The translations under genes and the position numbers were made by a program. A model generated the notes under the pieces. It saw only the letters and a program-made list of their open reading frames with translations. It was not told the DNA's origin and made no database searches. Below are positions 10,895-23,876 of a stretch of 64,000 bases of DNA, piece by piece (positions within the stretch are counted from its first letter, which is position 1; every line of letters starts with the position of its first letter). This DNA is from Escherichia coli (GTDB lineage Bacteria; Pseudomonadota; Gammaproteobacteria; Enterobacterales; Enterobacteriaceae): assembly GCF_003334305.1 (NCBI RefSeq), contig NZ_QOWS01000004.1; one strand, written 5' to 3'.

Positions 10895-11443
10895 ATGCAA
10901 ACGGAACACGTCATTTTATTGAATGCACAGGGAGTTCCCACGGGTACGCTGGAAAAGTATGCCGCACACACGGCAGACACCCGCTTACATCTCGCGTTCT
11001 CCAGTTGGCTGTTTAATGCCAAAGGACAATTATTAGTTACCCGCCGCGCACTGAGCAAAAAAGCGTGGCCTGGCGTGTGGACTAACTCGGTTTGTGGGCA
11101 CCCACAACTGGGAGAAAGCAACGAAGACGCGGTGATCCGCCGTTGCCGTTATGAGCTTGGCGTGGAAATTACGCCTCCTGAATCTATCTATCCTGACTTT
11201 CGCTATCGCGCCACCGATCCGAATGGCATTGTGGAAAATGAAGTGTGTCCGGTATTTGCCGCACGCACCACCAGTGCGTTACAGATCAACGATGATGAAG
11301 TGATGGATTATCAATGGTGTGATTTAGCAGATGTATTACACGGTATTGATGCCACACCGTGGGCGTTCAGTCCGTGGATGGTGATGCAGGCAGCCAATAG
11401 TGAAGCAAGAAAATTGTTGTCTGCTTTCGCGCAGCACAATTAA
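10895..11443 (+). CDS. idi: Isopentenyl-diphosphate delta-isomerase (type 1, Nudix fold)
   Basis: 182-aa ORF matching E. coli Idi from memory ([17 protein letters not shown]...). Confidence 0.9.
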
Positions 11444-11467
11444 AAAACCCCGACATTTGCCGGGGTT
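11444..11467 (-). terminator. Hairpin terminator shared by the prfB-lysS operon (minus strand) and idi
   Basis: AACCCCG-loop-CGGGGTT stem preceded on the plus strand by AAAAAA, i.e. a T-run on the minus strand after the lysS stop. Confidence 0.65.
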
Positions 11468-11485
11468 GTGAGCATAACGTAATGC

Positions 11486-13003
11486 TTATTTTACCGGACG
11501 CATCGCCGGGAACAGAATAACGTCGCGGATGGTATGGCTGTTGGTGAACAGCATTACCATACGGTCGATGCCAATCCCCAGACCTGCTGTCGGCGGTAAG
11601 CCATGTTCCAGTGCGGTAACGTAATCTTCATCGTAGAACATCGCTTCGTCGTCACCTGCGTCTTTCGCGGCAACCTGATCCAGGAAGCGTTGCGCCTGAT
11701 CTTCCGCGTCATTCAGCTCGCTAAAGCCGTTACCGATTTCACGACCACCGATGAAGAACTCAAAGCGGTCTGTGATTTCCGGGTTAATGTCGTTACGACG
11801 CGCCAGCGGAGAAACTTCTGCCGGATATTCAGTAATGAAGGTCGGCTGAATCAGATGTGCTTCTGCCACTTCTTCGAAGATCTCGGTAACGATACGGCCC
11901 AGACCCCAGCTCTTCTCAACGTGGATACCGATAGATTCAGCAATCGCTTTCGCAGAGTCGAAGTTATCCAGATCCGCCATGTCGGTTTCCGGGCGATATT
12001 TCTTGATCGCTTCACGCATGGTCAGTTTTTCGAACGGTTTACCGAAGTCCAGCGTCACGTCGCCGTAGGTCACTTCCGTCTTACCGAGAATATCCTGTGC
12101 CAGAGTACGGAACAGCGATTCGGTCAGCTCGATCAGATCTTTGTAATCTGCGTAAGCCATGTAGAGTTCCATCATGGTGAACTCTGGGTTATGACGTACG
12201 GAGATACCTTCGTTACGGAAGTTACGGTTGATTTCGAATACACGCTCGAAGCCACCGACCACCAGACGCTTGAGGTACAGTTCCGGCGCGATACGCAGGT
12301 ACATGTCGAGATCCAGCGCGTTATGGTGGGTGATAAACGGACGCGCAGCGGCACCGCCAGGGATCACCTGCATCATCGGCGTTTCAACTTCCATAAAGCC
12401 GCGGTTCACCATGAACTGGCGAATACCAGAGAGGATCTGCGAGCGTACTTTAAAGGTGTTACGGGATTCATCGTTAGAGATGAGATCCAAATAACGCTGA
12501 CGATAGCGCGCTTCCTGATCCTGCAAGCCGTGGAATTTATCCGGCAGCGGACGCAGTGCTTTGGTCAGCAGACGCAGCTCGGTACAGTGGATAGACAGTT
12601 CGCCGGTTTTGGTTTTGAACAGTTTACCTTTCGCGCCGAGGATGTCGCCGAGGTCCCATTTTTTGAACTGCTCGTTGTAAACGCCTTCCGGCAGATCGTC
12701 ACGGGCAACGTACAGCTGAATGCGACCGCCAACGTCCTGCAGGGTAACGAAAGACGCTTTACCCATAATACGACGGGTCATCATGCGGCCAGCAACGGCG
12801 ACTTCGATGTTCAGCGCTTCCAGTTCTTCGTTCTCTTTACCGTCGAATTCTGCGTGCAATTGGTCAGAGGTATGATCGCGACGGAAATCGTTCGGGAAGG
12901 CAATCCCCTGCTCGCGCAGGTTCGCCAGCTTCTCACGACGCGTTTTCAGTTCATTGTTAAGATCGACTACCGCGTCAGCGCCCTGTGCGTGTTGTTCAGA
13001 CAT
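11486..13003 (-). CDS. lysS: Lysyl-tRNA synthetase (class II)
   Basis: 505-aa ORF matching E. coli LysS from memory; starts 10 nt downstream of the prfB stop, consistent with the prfB-lysS operon. Confidence 0.93.
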   Translation of the reverse strand: MSEQHAQGADAVVDLNNELKTRREKLANLREQGIAFPNDFRRDHTSDQLHAEFDGKENEELEALNIEVAVAGRMMTRRIMGKASFVTLQDVGGRIQLYVARDDLPEGVYNEQFKKWDLGDILGAKGKLFKTKTGELSIHCTELRLLTKALRPLPDKFHGLQDQEARYRQRYLDLISNDESRNTFKVRSQILSGIRQFMVNRGFMEVETPMMQVIPGGAAARPFITHHNALDLDMYLRIAPELYLKRLVVGGFERVFEINRNFRNEGISVRHNPEFTMMELYMAYADYKDLIELTESLFRTLAQDILGKTEVTYGDVTLDFGKPFEKLTMREAIKKYRPETDMADLDNFDSAKAIAESIGIHVEKSWGLGRIVTEIFEEVAEAHLIQPTFITEYPAEVSPLARRNDINPEITDRFEFFIGGREIGNGFSELNDAEDQAQRFLDQVAAKDAGDDEAMFYDEDYVTALEHGLPPTAGLGIGIDRMVMLFTNSHTIRDVILFPAMRPVK

Positions 13004-13012
13004 GTTGGTTCC

Positions 13013-14111
13013 TCATAACCCTGCTTTCAAACTTGCTTCGATAAATTGATCCAGGCTGCCGTCCAGCACGGCCTGCGTGTTGCGGGTTTCTACCCCGGTA
13101 CGCAGATCTTTAATGCGGGAGTCATCAAGGACATAAGAACGAATCTGGCTGCCCCAGCCGATGTCGGATTTGTTATCTTCCATCGCCTGTTTCTCGGCAT
13201 TTTTCTTCTGCATCTCCAGTTCATAAAGCTTCGCTTTCATCTGCTTCATGGCCTGGTCTTTGTTCTTGTGCTGGGAACGGTCGTTCTGGCATTGGGTCAC
13301 GATCCCGGTTGGGATGTGGGTAATACGCACCGCAGATTCGGTACGGTTAACGTGCTGACCGCCCGCGCCGGACGCGCGATAAACGTCAATGCGCAGATCC
13401 GCCGGGTTGATTTCGATATCAATATCATCATCAACTTCCGGGTAAACAAACGCAGAGCTGAACGATGTGTGGCGACGACCGCCGGAGTCAAACGGGCTTT
13501 TACGCACCAGGCGGTGAACGCCAGTTTCTGTACGCAGCCAGCCGTAAGCGTAATCGCCGGAGATTTTGATCGTCACGGATTTAATACCCGCCACTTCACC
13601 TTCCGACTCTTCGATGATTTCAGTTTTGAAACCACGCGATTCTGCCCAGCGCAGATACATACGCTCAAGCATGCTCGCCCAGTCCTGTGCTTCCGTACCG
13701 CCAGACCCCGCCTGAATATCGAGGTAGCAGTCGGCGCTGTCATATTCGCCAGAGAACATACGGCGGAACTCAAGCTGCGCCAGTTTTTCTTCCAGGGCGT
13801 CGAGTTCAGCAACGGCTTCGTTAAAGGTTTCTTCGTCGTCAGCTTCTACAGCCAGTTCCAGCAGACCAGAAACATCTTCCAGCCCCTGTTTCATTTGGTC
13901 GAGGGTGTCGACAACGGCTTCGAGGGAGGAACGCTCTTTACCCAGCGCCTGTGCGCGTTCGGGTTCGTTCCAGACATCCGGCTGTTCCAGCTCGGCGTTT
14001 ACTTCTTCCAGACGCTCTTTCTTGGCGTCGTAGTCAAAGATACCCCCTAAGAACGTCGGAGCGTTCCGTGAGGTCCTGAATGCGATTATTTACCGGATTA
14101 ATTTCAAACAT
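13013..14111 (-). CDS. prfB: Peptide chain release factor 2, expressed through a programmed +1 ribosomal frameshift
   Basis: ATG at 14111 opens a 25-codon frame ([25 protein letters not shown]) ending in in-frame TGA at 14036-14034. The +1 frame from 14035 continues into ORF 13013..13894, giving 365 aa in total. SPF and GGQ motifs are present. Confidence 0.93.
14028..14048 (-). other. prfB +1 frameshift site (internal SD-like AGGGGG, then CUU UGA C)
   Basis: Minus-strand sequence reads ...CTT AGG GGG TAT CTT TGA C...; this is the canonical autoregulatory RF2 recoding site. Confidence 0.9.
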
Positions 14112-14201
14112 GGTCTGATTTCTTTTATTGAGCTAGTCAAAATGCGGTGATAAGAGCGGGATTGTACCCAATCCACGCTCTTTTTTATAGAGAAGATGAC
14201 G

Positions 14202-15935
14202 CTAAATTGGCCAGATATTGTCGATGATAATTTGCAGGCTGCGGTTGCCGCGAAACTCGTTGATATCGAGCTTATAAGCCAGTTGCACTTCACGCACGCC
14301 GTTATCCGGCCAGAGGGCGGTATCGACATTAAAAGCAATACCATCCAGCAGTGGACCGCCGCCGACCGGTTCGACCATCACCTTCAAATGACGTTCGCCC
14401 ACCAGCCGCTGTTGCAGCAGACGGAAATGACCGTCAAACAGCGGCTCCGGGAACATCTGCCCCCACGGGCCAGCATCGCGCAGCAACTGCGCCACTTCCA
14501 TGGTCATTTCGGCCGGGCTTAACGGACCGTCTGACACCACTTCGCCTTGCAATAGCGAAGGGTCCAGCCACTCTGTAACCAGTTCGCCAAACCGTTGTTG
14601 AAAGAGTTCGAATTTATCCTCTTCCAGCGACAAACCCGCCGCCATCGCATGACCGCCAAACTTCAGCATCATGCCAGGGTAGAGTGTGTCTAATCGCTCC
14701 AGTGCATCACGCATATGCAGCCCCTGAATGGAGCGACCTGAACCTTTCAGCGTACCATCACCTGCTGGCGCAAAGGCGATAACCGGACGGTGAAAACGCT
14801 CTTTGATGCGCGAAGCCAGAATACCGACAACGCCCTGATGCCATTCGGGGTGGTACATTGCCAGCCCGCCGGGTAGCGTGTCGCGACTTCGCTCCAGTTT
14901 CTCGCACAGGGTCAGGGCTTCAACTTGCATTCCTTGTTCGATCTCTTTTCGCGTCTGGTTTAGCGCATCGAGTTCATTTGCCAGCACGCGCGCTTCGCCG
15001 ATGTTGTCGCACAGCAACAGCGCCACACCGACGGACATATCGTCCAGTCGCCCGGCAGCATTGAGACGTGGCCCCAGCGCAAAACCTAAATCGCTGGCGG
15101 CGAGTTTTTGCGCATCGCGATTTGCCACTTCCAGCAGCGCTTTAATCCCCGGACGGCACTTTCCGGCACGGATGCGACTCATCCCCTGCCAGGTCAGAAT
15201 GCGATTATTAGCGTCCAGCGGCACGACGTCCGCTACTGTCCCCAGCGCTACCAGATCCAGCAGTTCTGCCAGGTTAGGAATTGCGATGCCACGCTCATCA
15301 AACCAGCCCTGATCGCGCAAAAAGGTGCGCAGCGCCAGCATCAGATAAAACGCCACACCCACGCCTGCCAGTGATTTCGACGGGAAATTACAGTCGCGCA
15401 AGTTAGGGTTAATGATCGCTTCCGCCGCGGGTAATGTTTCGCCTGGCAAATGGTGATCGGTAACAATAACCGGAATGCCCAACGAGCGAGCGTGTTCAAC
15501 CCCCGCATGGGAGGAAATACCGTTATCCACCGTGACAATTAACTGCGCGCCACGGGCATGGGCCTGATCGACCACTTCCGGGCTTAAGCCGTAACCGTCT
15601 TCGAAACGGTTTGGTACCAGGTAGTCGATATTGCTGCAACCAAGCGAGCGCATCGCCAGCACGCTTAGAGCCGTGCTGGTCGCGCCGTCGGCGTCAAAAT
15701 CGCCGACCACAATAATCCGCGTTCCTTCGCGAAAAGCGTTGTAAAGGATCTCAACGGCCTTTTCGACGCCGCTCAGTTGCTGCCAGGGCAACATACCTTT
15801 AACACTGCGTTCCAGTTCTTGCGCACTGCGCACGCCCCGGCTGGCGTATAAACGGCGCAGCAAGGGAGGCAATTCAGCGGGCAAGTCTGCCGTTTCATCG
15901 ACTTCACGGCGACGAAGTTGTATCTGTTGTTTCAC
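14202..15935 (-). CDS. recJ: Single-stranded-DNA-specific 5'-3' exonuclease RecJ
   Basis: 577-aa ORF with DHH-family motifs (VTDHH, GGHAMAAG). Confidence 0.92.
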   Translation of the reverse strand: MKQQIQLRRREVDETADLPAELPPLLRRLYASRGVRSAQELERSVKGMLPWQQLSGVEKAVEILYNAFREGTRIIVVGDFDADGATSTALSVLAMRSLGCSNIDYLVPNRFEDGYGLSPEVVDQAHARGAQLIVTVDNGISSHAGVEHARSLGIPVIVTDHHLPGETLPAAEAIINPNLRDCNFPSKSLAGVGVAFYLMLALRTFLRDQGWFDERGIAIPNLAELLDLVALGTVADVVPLDANNRILTWQGMSRIRAGKCRPGIKALLEVANRDAQKLAASDLGFALGPRLNAAGRLDDMSVGVALLLCDNIGEARVLANELDALNQTRKEIEQGMQVEALTLCEKLERSRDTLPGGLAMYHPEWHQGVVGILASRIKERFHRPVIAFAPAGDGTLKGSGRSIQGLHMRDALERLDTLYPGMMLKFGGHAMAAGLSLEEDKFELFQQRFGELVTEWLDPSLLQGEVVSDGPLSPAEMTMEVAQLLRDAGPWGQMFPEPLFDGHFRLLQQRLVGERHLKVMVEPVGGGPLLDGIAFNVDTALWPDNGVREVQLAYKLDINEFRGNRSLQIIIDNIWPI

Positions 15936-15940
15936 GCGAA

Positions 15941-16651
15941 TTATTTACCGCTGGTCATTTTTTGGTGTTCGTCGAGGAATTCTTTCATCTCTTTCAGCGG
16001 CTGGTAACCCGGAACAAGTGTGCCATTGCTCAGCACAACTGCCGGAGTACCGCTAACGCCAAGCTGGACGCCAAGTGCGTAATGGTCGGCAATATCCACG
16101 TCGCAGCTGGCTGGTGCGACGCTTTTACCTGCCATCACATCATCAAACGCTTTGTTTTTATCTTTCGCACACCAGATAGCTTTCATTTCTTTCTCTGCAT
16201 CGCTGTCCAGCCCCTGGCGCGGGAAAGCAAGATAACGCACGGTGATCCCCAGCGCGTTATAGTCTGCCATTTGCTCATGCAGTTTGTGGCAGTAACCACA
16301 GGTAATATCAGTAAACACGGTGATGACGTGTTTTTCCTGCGGCGCTTTATAAACGATCATCTCTTTTTCAAGCGCATTCAACTGCTTTAACAGCATCTTA
16401 TTGGTGACATTGACCGGAGCCGTGCCGCTAACGTCATACATTGGCCCCTGAATGATATGTTTACCATCATCGGTGATGTACAACACGCCGCTGTTAGTCA
16501 GAACTGTCTTCATGCCAGCTACGGGCGCGGGCTGAATATCGCTGCTTTTGATGCCCATTTTGGCTAACGTTTGTTGAATTGCCGCGTCATCAGCCTGAGC
16601 AAAACCTGAAAACGCCGCTAACAAAGTAAACAACATAAAACCTTTCTTCAT
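15941..16651 (-). CDS. dsbC: Periplasmic disulfide isomerase DsbC
   Basis: 236-aa ORF with N-terminal signal peptide and CGYC active site (DITCGYCHKLH). Confidence 0.92.
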   Translation of the reverse strand: MKKGFMLFTLLAAFSGFAQADDAAIQQTLAKMGIKSSDIQPAPVAGMKTVLTNSGVLYITDDGKHIIQGPMYDVSGTAPVNVTNKMLLKQLNALEKEMIVYKAPQEKHVITVFTDITCGYCHKLHEQMADYNALGITVRYLAFPRQGLDSDAEKEMKAIWCAKDKNKAFDDVMAGKSVAPASCDVDIADHYALGVQLGVSGTPAVVLSNGTLVPGYQPLKEMKEFLDEHQKMTSGK

Positions 16652-16675
16652 AAATCTTCCCGTTCTTTTCAGACA

Positions 16676-17572
16676 TCACGCCCGCGGGTGATGCTGTTGA
16701 TGAAGTTGCCGCAGACGCTCGGTAGCGACATGCGTATAAATTTGCGTGGTGGAGAGGTCGCTGTGGCCCAGTAGCATCTGCACCACGCGTAAATCCGCAC
16801 CATGATTTAATAAATGGGTGGCAAAAGCGTGACGCAATACATGCGGTGACAGCTTTTCGCTGTCGATACCCGCCAGCACAGCATAATGTTTAATGCGGTG
16901 CCAGAAGGTCTGTCGCGTCATCTGCTGCGCACGCTGGCTGGGAAACAACACGTCAATTGACACACCATTCAGCAGCCACGGACGCCCATGTTCCAGATAG
17001 GTTTCCAGCCAGTAAACCGCCTCTTCACCTAACGGTACCAGGCGCTCTTTGTTGCCTTTACCAATGACCCGCACTACGCCCTGACGCAGGCTGATATCAC
17101 TCATTGTCAGTCCGACCAGTTCAGAGACACGCAGCCCGGTAGCATACAACACTTCAAGCATGGCTTTATCGCGTAGCTCCAGTGGCTGATCAATTAATGG
17201 TGCCTGTAATAAACGTTCGACCTGCGCTTCGCTTAAATCTTTTGGCAAACGCTGGGGCAATTTCGGTGAAGCGAGATGCGCACTGGGATCGTCTTCACGA
17301 AACTTTTCGCGATAAAGATACTGGAACAATCGGCGCACTGCACTCAGCAAACGCGCTGAGCTGGTGGCTTTATACCCGCCCTCCAGCCGTTCTGCCAGTA
17401 ATGCCTGCAAATCGTCACTTTGCGCCGTCGCCAGCGTCAACCCGCGGTGATGCAACCACTCCACCATCATTGACAGATCGCGACGGTAAGCGTTCAACGT
17501 ATTTTCAGCCAGATTTTTTTCCAGCCACAGAGCATCAAGAAACTGCTCGATGCGTGCCAGATCCTGTTTCAC
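16676..17572 (-). CDS. xerD: Tyrosine site-specific recombinase XerD
   Basis: 298-aa ORF with the R..HxxR..Y catalytic signature (LRHAFATHLL, TQIYTHV). Confidence 0.92.
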   Translation of the reverse strand: MKQDLARIEQFLDALWLEKNLAENTLNAYRRDLSMMVEWLHHRGLTLATAQSDDLQALLAERLEGGYKATSSARLLSAVRRLFQYLYREKFREDDPSAHLASPKLPQRLPKDLSEAQVERLLQAPLIDQPLELRDKAMLEVLYATGLRVSELVGLTMSDISLRQGVVRVIGKGNKERLVPLGEEAVYWLETYLEHGRPWLLNGVSIDVLFPSQRAQQMTRQTFWHRIKHYAVLAGIDSEKLSPHVLRHAFATHLLNHGADLRVVQMLLGHSDLSTTQIYTHVATERLRQLHQQHHPRA

Positions 17573-17683
17573 TTGCGCCCCTTATGGTCACTCATTTGAT
17601 CCATTATGCCTTATTGTGCCGTGACTAAAGCGATTCTGATACACTAGCCGCAAAAGCCACAGCAGAATCGAGAAGCTTACGTT

Positions 17684-18205
17684 ATGAATATGGGTCTTTT
17701 TTACGGTTCCAGCACCTGTTACACCGAAATGGCGGCAGAAAAAATCCGCGATATTATCGGCCCAGAACTGGTGACCTTACATAACCTCAAGGACGACTCC
17801 CCGAAATTAATGGAGCAGTACGATGTGCTCATTCTGGGTATCCCGACCTGGGATTTTGGTGAAATCCAGGAAGACTGGGAAGCCGTCTGGGATCAGCTCG
17901 ACGACCTGAACCTTGAAGGTAAAATTGTTGCGCTGTATGGGCTTGGCGATCAACTGGGATACGGCGAGTGGTTCCTCGATGCGCTCGGTATGCTGCATGA
18001 CAAACTCTCGACCAAAGGCGTGAAGTTCGTCGGCTACTGGCCAACGGAAGGATATGAATTTACCAGCCCGAAACCGGTGATTGCTGACGGGCAACTGTTC
18101 GTGGGTCTGGCGCTGGATGAAACTAACCAGTATGACCTTAGCGACGAGCGTATTCAGAGCTGGTGCGAGCAAATCCTCAACGAAATGGCAGAGCATTACG
18201 CCTGA
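17684..18205 (+). CDS. fldB: Flavodoxin 2
   Basis: 173-aa ORF with flavodoxin fold hallmarks ([15 protein letters not shown]...). Confidence 0.9.
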
Positions 18206-18244
18206 TCTCACTGACGGCTTAGCGCATATGCTTTGCCGTCATCT

Positions 18245-18911
<667 letters not shown>

Positions 18912-19141
18912 TCACGAAAATCCAGTACCCGGCTATTGTAACGTGTTTTTCGCCTTCTTTTACGGGAATATCAGTAAACACCATCGCGATCGCGAAATTA
19001 ATTCACAACAATTCAATGGCTTCATTTTTTTGGAAGTCGCCTCGCAGAAGGCACAGATCGCGTAGTGAAAGCACTTGCATTGCCTCATAGCTCTTTTACC
19101 ATTAGTCATTAATACGCCGTTAAGCAACTCAGGACTCTATT

Positions 19142-20122
19142 ATGGCTTTTACACCTTTTCCTCCCCGTCAGCCTACGGCTTCTGCCCGTTTACCGCTGAC
19201 GCTGATGACGCTTGATGACTGGGCGCTTGCCACCATTACTGGCGCGGACAGCGAAAAATATATGCAGGGTCAGGTGACAGCAGATGTCAGCCAGATGGCA
19301 GAAGATCAGCACCTGCTCGCCGCCCATTGCGACGCCAAAGGTAAAATGTGGAGCAATTTACGTCTGTTCCGCGACGGCGATGGCTTTGCATGGATTGAAC
19401 GGCGCAGCGTGCGTGAACCGCAGCTGACTGAACTGAAAAAATATGCGGTATTCTCTAAAGTGACCATCGCGCCAGACGACGAGCGTGTGCTGCTTGGTGT
19501 TGCCGGTTTTCAGGCGCGCGCCGCGCTGGCAAATCTCTTTAGCGAACTGCCTTCGAAAGAAAAACAGGTAGTCAAAGAAGGCGCGACCACTTTGCTATGG
19601 TTTGAACACCCGGCAGAACGTTTCCTGATCGTAACCGATGAAGCTACTGCTAATATGCTGACCGATAAACTGCGCGGTGAAGCGGAACTGAACAATAGCC
19701 AACAGTGGCTGGCATTAAACATTGAAGCGGGTTTCCCGGTGATTGATGCCGCCAACAGCGGGCAGTTTATCCCACAGGCGACCAATCTCCAGGCGCTGGG
19801 CGGTATCAGCTTTAAGAAAGGCTGTTATACCGGACAAGAGATGGTGGCGCGGGCCAAATTCCGCGGTGCCAACAAACGTGCGCTCTGGTTACTGGCAGGT
19901 AGCGCCAGCCGACTGCCAGAAGCAGGTGAAGACTTAGAGCTGAAAATGGGCGAAAACTGGCGTCGTACCGGTACGGTGCTGGCTGCGGTCAAACTGGAAG
20001 ATGGTCAGGTCGTGGTGCAGGTGGTGATGAATAACGATATGGAACCGGACAGCATCTTCCGCGTGCGCGACGATGCAAATACACTGCATATCGAGCCGCT
20101 GCCGTATTCGCTCGAAGAGTAA
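19142..20122 (+). CDS. ygfZ: Folate-binding protein YgfZ (GcvT-like fold; Fe-S cluster repair/tRNA modification)
   Basis: 326-aa ORF matching E. coli YgfZ from memory. Confidence 0.88.
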   Translation: MAFTPFPPRQPTASARLPLTLMTLDDWALATITGADSEKYMQGQVTADVSQMAEDQHLLAAHCDAKGKMWSNLRLFRDGDGFAWIERRSVREPQLTELKKYAVFSKVTIAPDDERVLLGVAGFQARAALANLFSELPSKEKQVVKEGATTLLWFEHPAERFLIVTDEATANMLTDKLRGEAELNNSQQWLALNIEAGFPVIDAANSGQFIPQATNLQALGGISFKKGCYTGQEMVARAKFRGANKRALWLLAGSASRLPEAGEDLELKMGENWRRTGTVLAAVKLEDGQVVVQVVMNNDMEPDSIFRVRDDANTLHIEPLPYSLEE

Positions 20123-20131
20123 ATTTCTATA

Positions 20132-20160
20132 TCGCTTCGGGCATCTATTGCCTGAAGCGA
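20132..20160. terminator. Stem-loop between convergent ygfZ and yqfA (possible bidirectional terminator)
   Basis: CGCTTCGGGCA-loop-TGCCTGAAGCG imperfect inverted repeat; flanking U-runs are weak. Confidence 0.35.
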
Positions 20161-20198
20161 CACTGATGTGTCTTTTCATGCAGACAAAGGCACAGCAA

Positions 20199-20861
<663 letters not shown>

Positions 20862-21021
20862 TTACTCCGGAGAAACGTACACGCACATGTATACCTCTCC
20901 AGCGTAACTGAGAATAGTTCCAGTGAACACCTGTTAGCTAAAATAAATTCTGATTTGAGACTAATCTCCTAAAAATCATGAAATTAAATGCGAAATTTCA
21001 ACTAACAGGCGTGAGTTCAAT

Positions 21022-21333
21022 TTAAAGACATTTAAATTCAATCACATAAAACTGTGTCTGACCGGGATAGATGTCGGCAATGACCTTTATCAGTTCAGTC
21101 AGGGTCATATTTTCCTGCTCTGCATGTTTTTCCGTCAGCGTATCCAGCGTTACGGTTGAGGTTGCGGTGACTTCAATCGTGCAAAAATAACCGTCATCTT
21201 CAAAACGCCCGACACGAAGCACATCACCCGTTTTGAAGTGCGATTCAGACTCGTCGCGGATGGTGATGGTTTTACGCCCAGCCAGAATGTCATCCTGGAA
21301 ACGTTGAAAAAAAGTGATGTCGTTTGGCTGCAT
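21022..21333 (-). CDS. yqfB: ASCH-domain protein YqfB (N4-acetylcytidine amidohydrolase)
   Basis: 103-aa ORF matching E. coli YqfB from memory. Confidence 0.85.
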
Positions 21334-21350
21334 GGTACTATTTCCTGTAA

Positions 21351-22811
<1,461 letters not shown>

Positions 22812-22823
22812 GTCGATGAAGTA

Positions 22824-22849
22824 CCGGATGCAATACTTGTTGCATCCGG
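22824..22849. terminator. Stem-loop between convergent bglA and ygfF
   Basis: CCGGATGCAA-TACTTG-TTGCATCCGG perfect 10-bp stem; no strong U-run. Confidence 0.4.
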
Positions 22850-22867
22850 TCAGACAACTTCCCTGTT

Positions 22868-23611
22868 TTATTTCCCGCCCGCCAAATCGATAAAACTTCC
22901 CGTGACGTAAGAGGCTTTATCACTTAGTAGCCAGACAATGGCCCGCGCGACCTCTTCTGCCTGTCCACCACGCTGCATGGGGATGTTCGACTTAACGCGA
23001 TCGACGCGTCCAGGCTCGCCGCCGCTGGCGTGCATTTCGGTATAAATAAACCCTGGCCGCACGCAGTTAACGCGGATCCCCTGCGCGGCGACTTCCAGCG
23101 ATAGTCCGGTGGTTAACGTATCAATCGCCCCTTTCGATGCCGCGTAATCAACATATTCCCCTGGCGAACCCAACCGTGAGGCCACCGAAGAGACATTGAC
23201 GATAGCGCCGCCACTGCCACCATTTTTAAGCGCCATGCGTTTTACCGCCTCGCGGCAGCAGAGAAAATATCCCGTCACGTTGGTGGAAAGTACTCGGTTG
23301 ATTCGCTCTGCGGTAAGGTTTTCAACGGTGCACTGGGTAAACAAGATCCCGGCGTTATTGACCAGCGCTGCTAGCGGTTCATCGTGCTGATCGATTGCTG
23401 TAAACATCGCAACGACCTGGTTTTCGTCGCTGATATCCGCCTGGAGCACGAATGCTTTGCCACCGGCTTGCGTTATTAAGTTCATCACTTCCTGCGCCGC
23501 GTGGAGGTTTTGCTGATAATTAACCGCCACCGTATACCCTTCTTGCGCCAACAGTAATGCAGTTGCCCGCCCGATGCCGCGACTGCCACCGGTCACAAGT
23601 GCTATAGCCAT
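22868..23611 (-). CDS. ygfF: Short-chain dehydrogenase/reductase
   Basis: 247-aa ORF with SDR motifs TGGSRGIG (cofactor binding) and YAASK (catalytic). Confidence 0.88.
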   Translation of the reverse strand: MAIALVTGGSRGIGRATALLLAQEGYTVAVNYQQNLHAAQEVMNLITQAGGKAFVLQADISDENQVVAMFTAIDQHDEPLAALVNNAGILFTQCTVENLTAERINRVLSTNVTGYFLCCREAVKRMALKNGGSGGAIVNVSSVASRLGSPGEYVDYAASKGAIDTLTTGLSLEVAAQGIRVNCVRPGFIYTEMHASGGEPGRVDRVKSNIPMQRGGQAEEVARAIVWLLSDKASYVTGSFIDLAGGK

Positions 23612-23696
23612 TTGTTTTTCCGAGAAAAATTAATTCGTTGACGTATCTTTGAGATTGCTAACAAACTGGCTCAATCTTCAATGTTGGCACGCTTTT

Positions 23697-23797
23697 CCCC
23701 TCGCCCTTTCAGGGAGAGGGCCGGGGTGAGGGTAAATATTCGCGCCAGTGCCGGCCTGTTCCCCTCACCCTAACCCTCTCCCCAAAGGGGCGAGGGG
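23697..23797. repeat. GC-rich ~100-bp palindromic extragenic element
   Basis: Outer arms CCCCTCGCCC / GGGCGAGGGG; inner arms AGGGAGAGGG...CCCTCTCCCC and GGGGTGAGGG...CCCCTCACCC. Family name not assigned with confidence. Confidence 0.6.
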
Positions 23798-23832
23798 ACT
23801 GTCTGAGCACTTTTGTACTTTGTCATCTGACT

Positions 23833-23854
23833 AAAAAGGCGCCGAAGCGCCTTT
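23833..23854 (-). terminator. Rho-independent terminator of the gcvTHP operon
   Basis: AGGCGC-CGAA-GCGCCT hairpin preceded on the plus strand by AAAAA (T-run on the minus strand), about 25 nt after the gcvP stop. Confidence 0.7.
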
Positions 23855-23876
23855 AGAAAATAGTCGAATCAGTGAA

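Noticed and set aside
11603-13018. 471-aa ORF on the plus strand covering almost all of lysS
   Set aside because: It is antisense to a well-supported, highly expressed gene. Long antisense ORFs are expected from codon bias in GC3-rich genes. No RBS or conserved motifs.
13046-14050. 334-aa ORF antisense to prfB
   Set aside because: Antisense artefact; the sense strand carries RF2 with its frameshift site.
14112-14201. Hairpin AGAGCG...CGCTCT followed by TTTTTTAT in the recJ-prfB spacer
   Set aside because: The U-run is on the plus strand where no upstream plus-strand gene exists. It may be an attenuator-like structure or part of the prfB promoter region, but I cannot support a call.
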